DNA of 64,000 bases from Candidatus Latescibacterota bacterium. GTDB taxonomy: Bacteria > Latescibacterota > UBA2968. Where the stretch lies: contig OZ240241.1 in NCBI GenBank assembly GCA_965198115.1, positions 2,112,001-2,176,000 of the forward strand, written 5' to 3'. This document shows positions 20,226 through 30,216 of this stretch, piece after piece. How positions within the stretch are numbered: the first letter of the stretch is position 1; each line of letters starts with the position of its first letter. Below the pieces are notes generated by a model that saw only the letters and a list, made by a program, of their open reading frames with translations, was not told where the DNA came from and did no database searches. A program made the translations under genes and the position numbers.

Positions 20226-22871
20226 CTATCCTTCCAGTTTATCCCGAACGATGTCGGGGACCTTGGCCAGGGCTTCGGGAATACGTTCTGGATCCTTGCC
20301 ACCGGCCTGCGCCAGGTGAGGTTTTCCCCCACCACTACCCTCGACGTATCGGGCAACCTCCTTCACGATCTCGCCCGCGTGAACTCCGCGGCTGACCATG
20401 TCGTCCGTCACGACGGTGATCAGGGAGGCTTTGCCATTCAGGGCGGCACCGATTACACCGACGCCTGTCGCTTTGAGCGCATCGCGGAGTTGATCCCCCG
20501 CGCTCCGGAAGACGTCCATGTCGGCCGCCGCGACCGTGCCTGTCGCCACACGAACCCCGGCCACCTCGACAGCCCCGTTCACGAGGTCACCCATGGCGTC
20601 ACCCGCGCTGTCCCTCCTCAGCGACTGCAGCTCGCGTTCGTAGTCTCTGTTTTGTTCGAGCAGCTGCGCCAAGCGATCTGACACACGCGCTCGATCTACT
20701 CCAAGAGCGTCTTCGATCTCTCCCAAAAGCTGCTGATCTGCACGAACGACTTCTTCGGCTCCTCGACCGCTGACTGCCTCCACGCGTCGGACACCGGCCG
20801 CACTCGCCGTTTCCGACGTGAACCGCATCGTTCCGATCTGCCCCGTCGTCGCTGTGTGCGTCCCCCCGCACAACTCCAGACTGAAGTCTCCGATCTGAAC
20901 GACGCGCACGGTATCGCCGTATTTTTCAGAAAACAACATCATCGCGCCACGCTCTCGCGCTTTGTCGTAGCTCGCCAGCGACACGTCAACGACCATGTCT
21001 TCGCGGATAACCTCGTTCACGCGCCGTTCGATCGTCTCCAGCTCCTCGTCGGTGACCTGCGAAAAGTGTGCGAAGTCGAACCGGAGCCGATCGGGTCCCA
21101 CGTAGGACCCCGCCTGGTGGACGTGAGTCCCGAGTGTCTCCCGCAGCCCTGCGTGGATCAGGTGCGTGAGCGTGTGGTTTCGTGCCGTGTCCAGACGACG
21201 TGCGACCTCCACCTCCGCGTGCACGTGTCCCGACGACATGGCTTCCACGTCGCCCTCGATCACACGACCCTCGTGGACGATCGCCTCACCCTGCTTGTAG
21301 GTATCTTCCACGAGAAAACGGGTACCGTCGATCGACAGAACGCCGCGATCGCCGACCTGTCCCCCCGATTCGGCATAGAACGGCGTGCGTGCCAGAAAGA
21401 CCTGATGATGGTCATCGCTCGAAGATACCGCCACAACCTCCGTGTCGGCCGACAGTGTCCCGTATCCGATGAATTCCGAATGGTGCTCGGGTAGGAACCC
21501 TGCGTCGACGGCCTCCTGGCTGACCCCAGCCCGACGCGTCACCTCACGCGAGCGACTCTTTTGCGCCTCCATCGCTCGCTCGAAACCGACGAGGTCAACG
21601 GTCAGGCCCTTCTCCGCCGCCATCAGCTCAGTCAGATCGATCGGGAATCCGTAGGTGTCATAAAGCCGGAAAGCGTCCTCACCCGAGATGGACCCTCGCT
21701 GGCTGACTTCCTCGAAGATCTCGAGACCACGGTCGAGCGTGTTGTTGAAGCCCTCCTCTTCGGACCGGATGACGCGTTGGATATAGTCGGCTTTCTCCAC
21801 GATTTCCGGGAAGGACGCACCCATCACGTCGACCACGGTCGGAACAAGCTCGTGGATGAACGGATCGCGCACCTCGAGCGTCCGTCCGAATCGGGCGGCC
21901 CGGCGAAGGATCCTTCGAAGCACATACCCTCGTCCCTCGTTAGAAGGCACGGCGCCGTCGGCAATGCTGAAAGTCAGCGCGCGAATGTGGTCGGAGATCA
22001 CCTGGATGGCGACACGATGCTCTTCGTTGTAGGGCTTACGTGTCCGCTCGCTGACCGCGGCAATGATGGGTTGAAACAAGTCGGTCTCGTAATTCGAACG
22101 AACGCCCTGGAGAATCTGACATACTCGCTCGAATCCCATCCCCGTGTCGACGTGTTTGTCCGGCAGCACGTTGAGGACGCCGCCATCGCCTCGGTTGTAC
22201 TGAATGAAGACCAGATTCCAGACCTCGACGTAGTCGGGCCCGTCCAGATCGGGTTGGTCGGATTGCGAGGCCGGATCGTCTCCCGTGTAGTAATGGATTT
22301 CCGAACAAGGACCGCAGGGCCCAACCTCGCCCATCTCCCAAAAGTTGTCTTTCTTCCCGAGGTGCAGTACCCGTCCTGGAGCGATGTCCGTCACTTCGTA
22401 CCAAAGATCGTTCGCCTCGGTGTCAGCCTCGAGCCCATCCTCGGCATCGCCCCCGAAGACCGTTGCCCAGAGTCTGTCCTTGGGCAACCTCCAAACTTCC
22501 GTGAGCAGTTCCCACGCCCACCCGATCGCTTCCCGCTTGTAATAGTCGCCGAACGACCAGTTCCCCAGCATCTCGAAGAACGTGTGATGGGAGGGGCTGT
22601 GCCCGACCTCTTCGAGGTCGTTGTGCTTGCCGCTCACGCGGATGCACTTTTGCGAATCAGCCGCGCGTGTGTAAGCACGCCGCCCTGTACCCAGAAACAC
22701 GTCCTTGAACTGGTTCATCCCCGCATTCGTGAACAGGAGTGTCGGGTCGTCGTGCGGCACGACGGGTGCGCTGGCGACGATCTCGTGTTCCTTGCCACGG
22801 AAGAAGGACAGGAAATCGTCTCTGATCTGGTCCGCGGATACGGACAGAGGTCTCTGTGTCGGCTCAGACAT
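20226..22871 (-). CDS. alaS: Alanine--tRNA ligase
   Basis: FTNAGMNQFK, HHTFFEMLGNWSFGDY, DTGMG, editing motifs HTLTH and ELCGGTH, and a GSGGG DHHA1 tail. Confidence 0.98.
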   Translation of the reverse strand: MSEPTQRPLSVSADQIRDDFLSFFRGKEHEIVASAPVVPHDDPTLLFTNAGMNQFKDVFLGTGRRAYTRAADSQKCIRVSGKHNDLEEVGHSPSHHTFFEMLGNWSFGDYYKREAIGWAWELLTEVWRLPKDRLWATVFGGDAEDGLEADTEANDLWYEVTDIAPGRVLHLGKKDNFWEMGEVGPCGPCSEIHYYTGDDPASQSDQPDLDGPDYVEVWNLVFIQYNRGDGGVLNVLPDKHVDTGMGFERVCQILQGVRSNYETDLFQPIIAAVSERTRKPYNEEHRVAIQVISDHIRALTFSIADGAVPSNEGRGYVLRRILRRAARFGRTLEVRDPFIHELVPTVVDVMGASFPEIVEKADYIQRVIRSEEEGFNNTLDRGLEIFEEVSQRGSISGEDAFRLYDTYGFPIDLTELMAAEKGLTVDLVGFERAMEAQKSRSREVTRRAGVSQEAVDAGFLPEHHSEFIGYGTLSADTEVVAVSSSDDHHQVFLARTPFYAESGGQVGDRGVLSIDGTRFLVEDTYKQGEAIVHEGRVIEGDVEAMSSGHVHAEVEVARRLDTARNHTLTHLIHAGLRETLGTHVHQAGSYVGPDRLRFDFAHFSQVTDEELETIERRVNEVIREDMVVDVSLASYDKARERGAMMLFSEKYGDTVRVVQIGDFSLELCGGTHTATTGQIGTMRFTSETASAAGVRRVEAVSGRGAEEVVRADQQLLGEIEDALGVDRARVSDRLAQLLEQNRDYERELQSLRRDSAGDAMGDLVNGAVEVAGVRVATGTVAAADMDVFRSAGDQLRDALKATGVGVIGAALNGKASLITVVTDDMVSRGVHAGEIVKEVARYVEGSGGGKPHLAQAGGKDPERIPEALAKVPDIVRDKLEG

Positions 22872-22891
22872 GAGGCTGTTTGATGGGGATC

Positions 22892-23428
22892 TCAGTCAGG
22901 ATCGATCGTGCCGTCGTCGCCCATTTCCGCCAGGGCTCGGGCGGCCGCAGACCGTGCCACATCGGGCGAAAAACCGCGTCTGCCCAGGAACCCGTACATG
23001 CGATTGAGCGCTTTGACGCGATCCAGGTGAAGATAACGAGAACGACGCTCGCACAAAAGACGAAAGGCGATGGCTTCCAGATCGACGCCCTCGAACGCCT
23101 CTTCCAGCGCGGCTTCGATCAGAGCCACGTCGACCCCGCGACGCCGGAGATCACGCCGAAGGGCGGCGTGCCCCGACGGCCGAAGCCTGAGCCGTTCTCG
23201 AATAAAGCGGGCGGCGAAATCGGCATCGTCGATCAGACCGACACGTTCGAGTGCTTCGACCGTATCCGTGACGATCGATTCCCCGAACCCCCGGTCACGG
23301 AGTTTGCGGATGATCTCCGTCCGGGTATAGGCGCGGCGTTCCAGGAGCTGGAACGCCGCTTTTTTCGCCTTTTCGATGTCGGGGTCCAGTTCGAACAGAC
23401 CGGGCCCTGCTTGAATGCTTTCGATCAG
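22892..23428 (-). CDS. recX: RecX regulatory protein
   Basis: The frame is open upstream of the ORF-track start: [28 protein letters not shown]...GLIDDADFA...LRRRGVD...FLGRRGF. Probable CTG start overlapping the recA TGA. Confidence 0.85.
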   Translation of the reverse strand: MIESIQAGPGLFELDPDIEKAKKAAFQLLERRAYTRTEIIRKLRDRGFGESIVTDTVEALERVGLIDDADFAARFIRERLRLRPSGHAALRRDLRRRGVDVALIEAALEEAFEGVDLEAIAFRLLCERRSRYLHLDRVKALNRMYGFLGRRGFSPDVARSAAARALAEMGDDGTIDPD

Positions 23429-24507
23429 TTGGGCTCCGCCGCTAGACGATCGGGTGACACCGTTTCGGGCGATTCTGTTTCCCCATTATCGTCTTCGTCG
23501 GTGGGAAGACCGATCGCCATCCTGACCTCGTTCTCGATCTTTTGAGCCAGATCGGTGTGTTCGGCCAGGTATCGCTTCACGTTTTCGCGCCCTTGCCCGA
23601 GACGCTCTTCGCCGTGCGAGAACCACGTACCGCTCTTGGTGATGATCTCGTGGAGCTCGGCCATGTCGAGAATGCCGCCTTCGCGCGAGACGCCTTCGCC
23701 GAACATCAGATCGAATTCGGCCTCTTTAAAGGGCGCCGCCACCTTGTTCTTGACGACGCGGATTTTCACGCGATTTCCGATGACGTTCTGTCCGTCCTTG
23801 ATTGCGCCGATCCGTCGAATCTCCATACGAACCGAAGTGTAAAACTTGAGGGCGTTCCCACCCGACGTCGTCTCGGGATTCCCGAACATCACCCCGATCT
23901 TCATCCGAATCTGATTCGTGAAAATCACGATCGTCTTGGACCGGCTGATCGACCCCGTCAGCTTGCGCATGGCCTGGGACATGAGCCGGGCCTGGAGACC
24001 GACGTGTGTATCTCCCATTTCCCCCTCGAGCTCTGCCCGGGGCACCAGGGCGGCCACCGAATCGACCACGACCACGTCGAAGGCGCCGCTTCGAACGAGG
24101 GTATCTGTGATTTCCAACGCTTCTTCGCCGTTGTCGGGCTGGGAGATCAACAGGTTTTCGAGATCTACACCGATGCGCTCGGCCAGTTCGGCATTGAGCG
24201 CGTGTTCGGCATCCACGAAGGCGGCGACCCCACCACGTTTGAGCGCTTCGGCGATCACGTGGAGACAGATCGTCGTCTTACCCGACCCTTCGGGACCGTA
24301 GATCTCTGTGACACGCCCTCGCGGGAGGCCACCGACGCCGAGCGCGACATCGAGCGCAAGCGCACCCGTCGGGATGACGTCCACCGGTACCCGTTCGCCA
24401 TCGTCGCCGGCCAGACGCATGATTGAGCCTTTTCCGAACTGCTTTTCGATCTGCGACACCGCCGCCTCCACCGATTTTTCTCGCCCGTTTTCAACTTTTT
24501 TAACCAT
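23425..24507 (-). CDS. recA: Recombinase A
   Basis: [34 protein letters not shown] and GGNALKFY motifs. Confidence 0.99.
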   Translation of the reverse strand: MVKKVENGREKSVEAAVSQIEKQFGKGSIMRLAGDDGERVPVDVIPTGALALDVALGVGGLPRGRVTEIYGPEGSGKTTICLHVIAEALKRGGVAAFVDAEHALNAELAERIGVDLENLLISQPDNGEEALEITDTLVRSGAFDVVVVDSVAALVPRAELEGEMGDTHVGLQARLMSQAMRKLTGSISRSKTIVIFTNQIRMKIGVMFGNPETTSGGNALKFYTSVRMEIRRIGAIKDGQNVIGNRVKIRVVKNKVAAPFKEAEFDLMFGEGVSREGGILDMAELHEIITKSGTWFSHGEERLGQGRENVKRYLAEHTDLAQKIENEVRMAIGLPTDEDDNGETESPETVSPDRLAAEPN

Positions 24508-24602
24508 CGCCAAATCCCCTTGCTGGGTTCAGTTTCGTATCGTTTCGGATCACGGCACAGTCCACGGAATGAATGCCTGTGCCGAACGTGAGCGACGACC
24601 GG

Positions 24603-24631
24603 AATATAGTGCACATATGTATATGCGTCAA
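24603..24631 (-). promoter_or_regulatory. recA sigma70 promoter with a palindromic spacer (candidate SOS box)
   Basis: TTGACG-17 nt-TATATT. The spacer contains TGCAC-ATAT-GTATA (plus strand 24610-24623). Confidence 0.65.
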
Positions 24632-25170
24632 GCGCGGAGCGGAAACTCCTGAATCGGCCTGTAGACAGCGTCACCCGACCGAAGCAGGCTCTCCATCAAC
24701 GAAACCGTCCGACTCTCGAACGACACCGCCGGTACAGCCCGTTCTGAAACTCGCACGGGCCGCCGTGCCCGCCCCACGGTCAGGTGCGGACGAAACACCC
24801 GCTGTTCGCGCTCGAAACCGACCGTCTCCAGCTCCGATTCGATGGCCGACTGAAGACGCCCGAGCGCCTCGAGATCACCGTCGAGACCGACCCAGACAAC
24901 CCGTGCCCGGTCCGCCCGCGGGAATCCGCCCAAAGAGGTCAGCCTCAGCGAGATGGGTTCCTCATCCACAGCTCGTGCAAGGGCATCGCCGATCCCCACC
25001 AACCGGTCGCGATCGATCTCACCCAGGAACTTGAGCGTCAGATGGATCCCTTCGGATCGAACCCATCGAACGCCATCCATCCCTTCGCATAACTCCTCGA
25101 CGAGACCGCCCAACGCGGAATGAACCGTCTCGGGCAGGCGCACGGCCACGAAGCAACGCACGGACGCCAT
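24628..25170 (-). CDS. thpR: RNA 2',3'-cyclic phosphodiesterase (2H family)
   Basis: RCFVAV, HLTLKFLG, RVVWVG and FRPHLTVGR (two HxT motifs). Confidence 0.9.
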   Translation of the reverse strand: MASVRCFVAVRLPETVHSALGGLVEELCEGMDGVRWVRSEGIHLTLKFLGEIDRDRLVGIGDALARAVDEEPISLRLTSLGGFPRADRARVVWVGLDGDLEALGRLQSAIESELETVGFEREQRVFRPHLTVGRARRPVRVSERAVPAVSFESRTVSLMESLLRSGDAVYRPIQEFPLRA

Positions 25171-25631
25171 CAGCCTGGCGGGGGTCCACCGACGACGAGT
25201 AATCCGATCCGAATCAGGATGTTCGCATACACGGCGGCGACCACGTCGTCGACGACGACGCCCCATCCACCGGGCAGATATTCTGCCTGACGCGCCGGAG
25301 GCGGCTTGACGACGTCCAGAGCACGAAACAGAAAAAATGCCACGATGCCTAACAGCAGAGATTGAGGGAGAAATGCGGTCGTCACGAAGAACCCGACGAC
25401 TTCGTCGATCACGACCTGAGGGGGATCGTGACCCCACTCTCGTTCACCCTTGTAGGACAGGTAAACGGCGATCGGAAACAGAATGAGGAGGAGAGCGACC
25501 CACTCGACGGAGGAGAGCGGGGGTATCAGGGCGTAAATCAGCAGCGCGACAGCCGATCCACACGTTCCCGATGCGAAAACGGAATAGCCTGAAAAGAAAC
25601 CCGTGACCAGCAGCCGTTCGACCAGGTTCAA
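25170..25631 (-). CDS. pgpA: Phosphatidylglycerophosphatase A
   Basis: SGTCGS, HDPPQVVIDEVVG, FRALDVVKP and GGWGVVVDD. TTG start overlaps the pgsA stop. Confidence 0.92.
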   Translation of the reverse strand: MNLVERLLVTGFFSGYSVFASGTCGSAVALLIYALIPPLSSVEWVALLLILFPIAVYLSYKGEREWGHDPPQVVIDEVVGFFVTTAFLPQSLLLGIVAFFLFRALDVVKPPPARQAEYLPGGWGVVVDDVVAAVYANILIRIGLLVVGGPPPG

Positions 25632-26260
25632 GCTGTCGCCCGCCACGCGGCGATCAGATACTGCAAACCTGAGATCACGGCGAGCACGGTGACGATCCCC
25701 ACCGCGCCGTTCACGACGAACGACGCCCAGAATCCGGTCATATCGATCGAGGCCAAGCCGTACTCCGCGAGCGACACCTTTATGGCGACGGCCAGCATGA
25801 TCGCCGACACCACGACCAGCTGTAGCATCGTCTTGATTTTCGCGAAGAAAGACGTTTGGAGCGGGCAGCCACGGCGGATCAGAATCGCACGGAGCAGTGT
25901 GATCGCCACATCCCGCACGAGCGTCACGACCACCAGCCAAGCGTGAACCAACTGCATCATAACGAATGCCACGAGAGCGGACGAAACCAGGAGCTTGTCG
26001 GCAAGAGGATCCATGAATCTGCCGAACTCCGTCGTCGTACCCGCTCTCCTCGCGATACGCCCATCATACAGATCCGTCAGCGCCGCAATGCCGAATACGA
26101 TGCACCCCGACACACGCGCATACCAGAGGTCCGACAACAGGAGAAGAAGATACACCGGTGTCAGGATGATACGAACCACCGTCAGGACGTTGGGAATCGT
26201 CCACAGCTGATCGCTCGGCTGAGCGACGGGATCCGGTACGATCGTCTTGGACGCCTCCAC
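25628..26260 (-). CDS. pgsA: CDP-diacylglycerol--glycerol-3-phosphate 3-phosphatidyltransferase
   Basis: IPNVLT and the TDLYDGRIAR...FGRFMDPLADK CDP-alcohol phosphotransferase motif. Confidence 0.9.
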   Translation of the reverse strand: MEASKTIVPDPVAQPSDQLWTIPNVLTVVRIILTPVYLLLLLSDLWYARVSGCIVFGIAALTDLYDGRIARRAGTTTEFGRFMDPLADKLLVSSALVAFVMMQLVHAWLVVVTLVRDVAITLLRAILIRRGCPLQTSFFAKIKTMLQLVVVSAIMLAVAIKVSLAEYGLASIDMTGFWASFVVNGAVGIVTVLAVISGLQYLIAAWRATA

Positions 26261-26859
26261 TACAGCTGCCTCCGGCCCTCGAGCGCGCGGCTCAGCGTCA
26301 CCTGATCCGCCAGCGCGAGGTCGCTGCCGACCGGGAGACCGCGGGCGATCTGCGTGACTTGCACGGGCGCACCCGCCAGCAGCTGGTTCAGATACTGGGC
26401 TGTCGCATCCCCCTCGACCGTCGGTTCGTTCGCCAGAATCACCTCTTGCACCTCCCCGCTCGCGAGCCTGCCCGGCAGCGTTTCGATGTTCAGGTCCTCG
26501 GGCCTCACGCCCTCGAGCGGCGAGAGCCTTCCACCCAGTACGTGGTAGAGACCGCGAAAGTGCGCCGTTCGCTCGATCGCGAGCAGATTCGCGACCGTAT
26601 CGACCACCATCAACGTCGTGCGATCGCGCCGGGGATCGCTGCAGATGCTGCACGGGTCGGTCAACCCAAGGTTTCCACACGTGCCGCAAGACGTGACGTT
26701 CGTCTTCACATCGACCATCAGGTCAGCGAGTCGGCGCACTTCCTCCGTGTCCCACGTCAACATCTCGAGCGCGATGCGACGCGCTGACTTGGGCCCGACG
26801 CCGGGCAACCGGTTCAGTCCTTTGGCCAGCCGATCGATTGGATTTTCAACGTTCATCAC
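26260..26859 (-). CDS. recR: Recombination mediator RecR
   Basis: LPGVGPKSA, C4 zinc finger, YHVLGG, EGDATA and GLPVG motifs. Confidence 0.97.
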   Translation of the reverse strand: MMNVENPIDRLAKGLNRLPGVGPKSARRIALEMLTWDTEEVRRLADLMVDVKTNVTSCGTCGNLGLTDPCSICSDPRRDRTTLMVVDTVANLLAIERTAHFRGLYHVLGGRLSPLEGVRPEDLNIETLPGRLASGEVQEVILANEPTVEGDATAQYLNQLLAGAPVQVTQIARGLPVGSDLALADQVTLSRALEGRRQL

Positions 26860-26912
26860 ACCACACGAGAGATCGTTCCTGGATGTTCAATGTTCCATCC
26901 TCGATCTCGATA

Positions 26913-27242
26913 TTAAATCCCTAGTCCCTGCATCATGCCTGGGGGAATCATTCCTGCCGTCGCCTTTTGCATCTCTTGCTCTGCAAGCGATTGGGCCTTT
27001 TCTCGAGCTTGCTGAATCGCCGCAATCACGAGATCCTCCAGCATCTCCACGTCATCGGGATCGACAACCTCGGGGTCGATCTTGATGGCCACGATCTCCT
27101 GATGGCCGTTCGCCGTCGCGACGACCATGCCACCGCCGGCGTCTCCCTGCACTTGCTTGGATCCCAGTTCCTCCTGCACTTTCGCCATCTTGGCCTGGAG
27201 TTTCTGGGCCTGTTTCATCATCCCGCCCGTGCCTTTTGCCAT
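26913..27242 (-). CDS. ybaB: YbaB/EbfC nucleoid-associated protein
   Basis: MKQAQKLQ, AGGGMV and EMLEDL motifs, located between dnaX and recR. Confidence 0.95.
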   Translation of the reverse strand: MAKGTGGMMKQAQKLQAKMAKVQEELGSKQVQGDAGGGMVVATANGHQEIVAIKIDPEVVDPDDVEMLEDLVIAAIQQAREKAQSLAEQEMQKATAGMIPPGMMQGLGI

Positions 27243-27260
27243 CTCGCCTCCAAGTCCCCG

Positions 27261-28946
27261 TTACCGGCCTACGATCTCACCGTCGAAAATCTTGAGCGCT
27301 GTCTGTACGCGTTCGTCGTCCTCAACGCGTTGCTCCCGCCTGGCCTCTGGATCATCGTCGTAATCCACCTCGCAGACAACCCGTAGATCGAGCCCGAACA
27401 TCCCCTTCAAGACGTGCTCGACCGTCTCCCGGTTTCGACGCACCTGACTGGCGTGAAAGTCCCGTGTGCGCTTGAACACGACAAGCAACTGATTGTCGTC
27501 CAGGCTACGGGGTTCGCTCTCACCCAGAAACGTCCCGACCGACACCTTCTCCTCCCGAACCGCAGCCACGACCTCGTTCCACTTCGTACGGATCCCGTCG
27601 ATTGAAACCGGCTCCGCGGTTCCAGCGTGCTCCTCCTCGCGGACCTCGGGTTGGGGGTCGCTCGCAGATTCCGGCGGAGGGGGCGAATCTTCGTCGTCGG
27701 CCCCCTCCTCACTCGATCCATTGGCAGGGGGCCCCGATGGGGCCCGGGGCGTCGGCTTGCGCACGGCGGTGGGGGCGGGTTTAGAGGAAGCTGACGGGCC
27801 TGCCGCTTCGACAGCATCCATCGCATCCAGCCGGGCCATCAGCGTTTCGAGCTGGACGGTCGTGGCTGCCTGGATCAGCTTCATCACGGTCAGCTCCAGC
27901 CAGAAGCGGGGCTCTCCGACACGCCCCAGATTCAGCTCGAGGTCGGCCACCGTATTCAACATGCGCACGAGTTGCTGCTCATCGAAACCGGCTGCCATCT
28001 CCTGATACAGGGCCAGCTCGTCTTCTGGCAAGTCGCCCCCGACAACCTCACCTTCGACGTGGGCCACCAGGAGATGACGCACGTGCTCCAGGAGCCCTTC
28101 GACGAACTCACCGACATCGCCGCCCCCCTCGAGCAACTCGGCGATCAGCTTGAGAGCGGTCGCCCCGTCCTGGTCCTGGACGGCCGTCGTGAGTTGGAAG
28201 TAGAGTTCGCGGGGGACGATGCCCAATAGCGCTCGAACCGACTCCGCGTCGATCCCCGACTCCGAGAATGAGATGGCTTGATCCAACAGACTCAGCGCGT
28301 CGCGTAAACTCCCGTCGGCACGCTGGGCAATCAGATAGAGTGACGCCTCGTCAACCTCGATCGACTTCTCATCTACGAGGTGTTTGAGCGCGTCGACAAT
28401 TTCACGTGTCGGAATCCGGCGGAAGTTGTATCTCTGGCAGCGAGACAGGATGGTGTCCGGGACCTTGTTGGGTTCGGTCGTCGCAAACACGAACACCACG
28501 TGAGGCGGGGGCTCTTCGAGAGTCTTCAGCAGCGCATTGAACGCACCGATCGACAGCATATGGACTTCGTCGATGATGTAGACCTTGCGTTTGTTCTTGG
28601 ACGCGGCAAAGCCGACCTCTTCGCGGAGCTGTCGAACGTCGTCGACGAGGCCGGTCGATGCGCCATCGATCTCACGCACATCCAGACTGCGGCCGTCGCG
28701 TATGGCGGTGCACGACGCGCACACACCGCACGGGTCGGGCGTCGGGCCTTGCTCGCAATTCAGTGCTTTGGCCAGAAGGCGTGCGGTCGTGGTCTTGCCC
28801 GTTCCGCGAGGACCGGAAAAGAGATAGGCCTGGGCGATCCGGTCGGCTCGAATGGCGTTCTGGATGGTCTTGACGATGTGGTCTTGCGAGACAACGTCCT
28901 TGAAGACCTCGGGGCGTCGCTCGCGTGCCATCACCTGGTAGGACAT
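27261..28946 (-). CDS. dnaX: DNA polymerase III subunit gamma/tau
   Basis: Starts MSYQVMAR. GPRGTGKTT, IIDEVHML, NALLKTLEEPP, SRCQ and GSLRDA motifs. Confidence 0.97.
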   Translation of the reverse strand: MSYQVMARERRPEVFKDVVSQDHIVKTIQNAIRADRIAQAYLFSGPRGTGKTTTARLLAKALNCEQGPTPDPCGVCASCTAIRDGRSLDVREIDGASTGLVDDVRQLREEVGFAASKNKRKVYIIDEVHMLSIGAFNALLKTLEEPPPHVVFVFATTEPNKVPDTILSRCQRYNFRRIPTREIVDALKHLVDEKSIEVDEASLYLIAQRADGSLRDALSLLDQAISFSESGIDAESVRALLGIVPRELYFQLTTAVQDQDGATALKLIAELLEGGGDVGEFVEGLLEHVRHLLVAHVEGEVVGGDLPEDELALYQEMAAGFDEQQLVRMLNTVADLELNLGRVGEPRFWLELTVMKLIQAATTVQLETLMARLDAMDAVEAAGPSASSKPAPTAVRKPTPRAPSGPPANGSSEEGADDEDSPPPPESASDPQPEVREEEHAGTAEPVSIDGIRTKWNEVVAAVREEKVSVGTFLGESEPRSLDDNQLLVVFKRTRDFHASQVRRNRETVEHVLKGMFGLDLRVVCEVDYDDDPEARREQRVEDDERVQTALKIFDGEIVGR

Positions 28947-29018
28947 GGTATGTGCCAGCCGCGTGTGGGTCCGCAACATCAGGCGAGAGAGAAAACTGGG
29001 GGCAAGGAGATACGAAAA

Positions 29019-29291
29019 GGTCGTGCACCCCGCTTCGAAGCTCGCTTCGGTCCCGACGACCGAGCGCTGGCTCCCGCCAGGTCGCCCCGCGGCACACGAG
29101 CCTGATCGCTTACCGCTGCTACCTTCCGGTCCTGACGGGGTTCGGCGAGGATTCGTTGCGCAGGACCTGACGATCAACACCGCAGACTCGGCAACCGGGT
29201 GCCGAAGCGAAACTCCTCAGACGTGGAATTCGACCCCGCTGTAGCGGATTGCGGGTTACAAGGCGCCGCTAATGCCCCGTCTAGCACGACC
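29019..29291 (-). ncRNA. ffs: Large bacterial SRP RNA (Alu plus S domain)
   Basis: S-domain core CCGTCAGGACCGGAAGGTAGCAGCGG, a 5' Alu-like segment GGTCGTGCTAGACGGGG...AGCGG...TGTAACCCGCAATCCGCT, complementary ends (GGTCGTGC/GCACGACC), and position upstream of dnaX. Confidence 0.92.
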
Positions 29292-29361
29292 TATAGCAAA
29301 GAATATTGAAGATAGAACACTGAACATGTTCAATCTTCTATCTTCAGTATCCATATGTAAT

Positions 29362-29437
<76 letters not shown>

Positions 29438-29497
29438 ACCCTTTTTCATTGAAGATCGAACATCGAAGATCGAGTATTGGATCGCTTGCACTGCTCC

Positions 29498-29869
29498 CTA
29501 CTCGATTTTCGATATCTCGATGTGATCTGCCGTCACGCCTTTCAACAGAGTGACATCGCCGTGCACTTTCCCAATCGGGTTCACGGCGCTCGCCGGCCGA
29601 ATCTCGTCGCCCTGGCCGGCCGGTGTTTGACCGTAGAAGATGCAGAAGGCTTTACCCGGGGGCCAGTACGCCAAATCGCCTAACTCGACGGCCTCGACCC
29701 CATTTTCTGGGCCGGTCGAAACGGGGATGGCGAAGTAGATCTCGTCACCCCACGTGTTGTAGCCCGATTCGACGGGCAAGGCGTCGTAGATCAACGTCGC
29801 CGTCTGCGAAGCGTTCAACTCCGCCTCCAGCACGACATCGCCAACCTTGATCTCGATCGCCTTTGGCAA
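29498..29869 (-). CDS. Cyclophilin-like fold protein (DUF369-type)
   Basis: TWGDEIYF, GDLAYWPPGKAFCIFYG and PASAVNPIG motifs, TTG start. Confidence 0.8.
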   Translation of the reverse strand: MPKAIEIKVGDVVLEAELNASQTATLIYDALPVESGYNTWGDEIYFAIPVSTGPENGVEAVELGDLAYWPPGKAFCIFYGQTPAGQGDEIRPASAVNPIGKVHGDVTLLKGVTADHIEISKIE

Positions 29870-29921
29870 AGCCTTCGTCCTCTCATCCCGAGTGCCCGCC
29901 GAAGGCGGGTGTATCGAGGGA

Positions 29922-30011
<90 letters not shown>

Positions 30012-30092
30012 TCAACAGCAGTGAGGAGGCAAAAGGCAGAAGTGAGAAGGTGCCATTCTGACGCCTTCTGCCTGCTGCCTTCTCACACGCAA

Positions 30093-30181
<89 letters not shown>

Positions 30182-30216
30182 GGAGATCCGCTCGATCGAC
30201 CGGGGAAGGAGCGGTG

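Noticed and set aside
27600-27850. Programmed -1 frameshift site in dnaX
   Set aside because: No A-AAA-AAG or long homopolymer slippery site seen, only a Pro/Ala-rich linker.
28947-29180. N-terminal extension of dnaX in the ORF track
   Set aside because: Overlaps the SRP RNA, and the conserved start is MSYQV at 28946.
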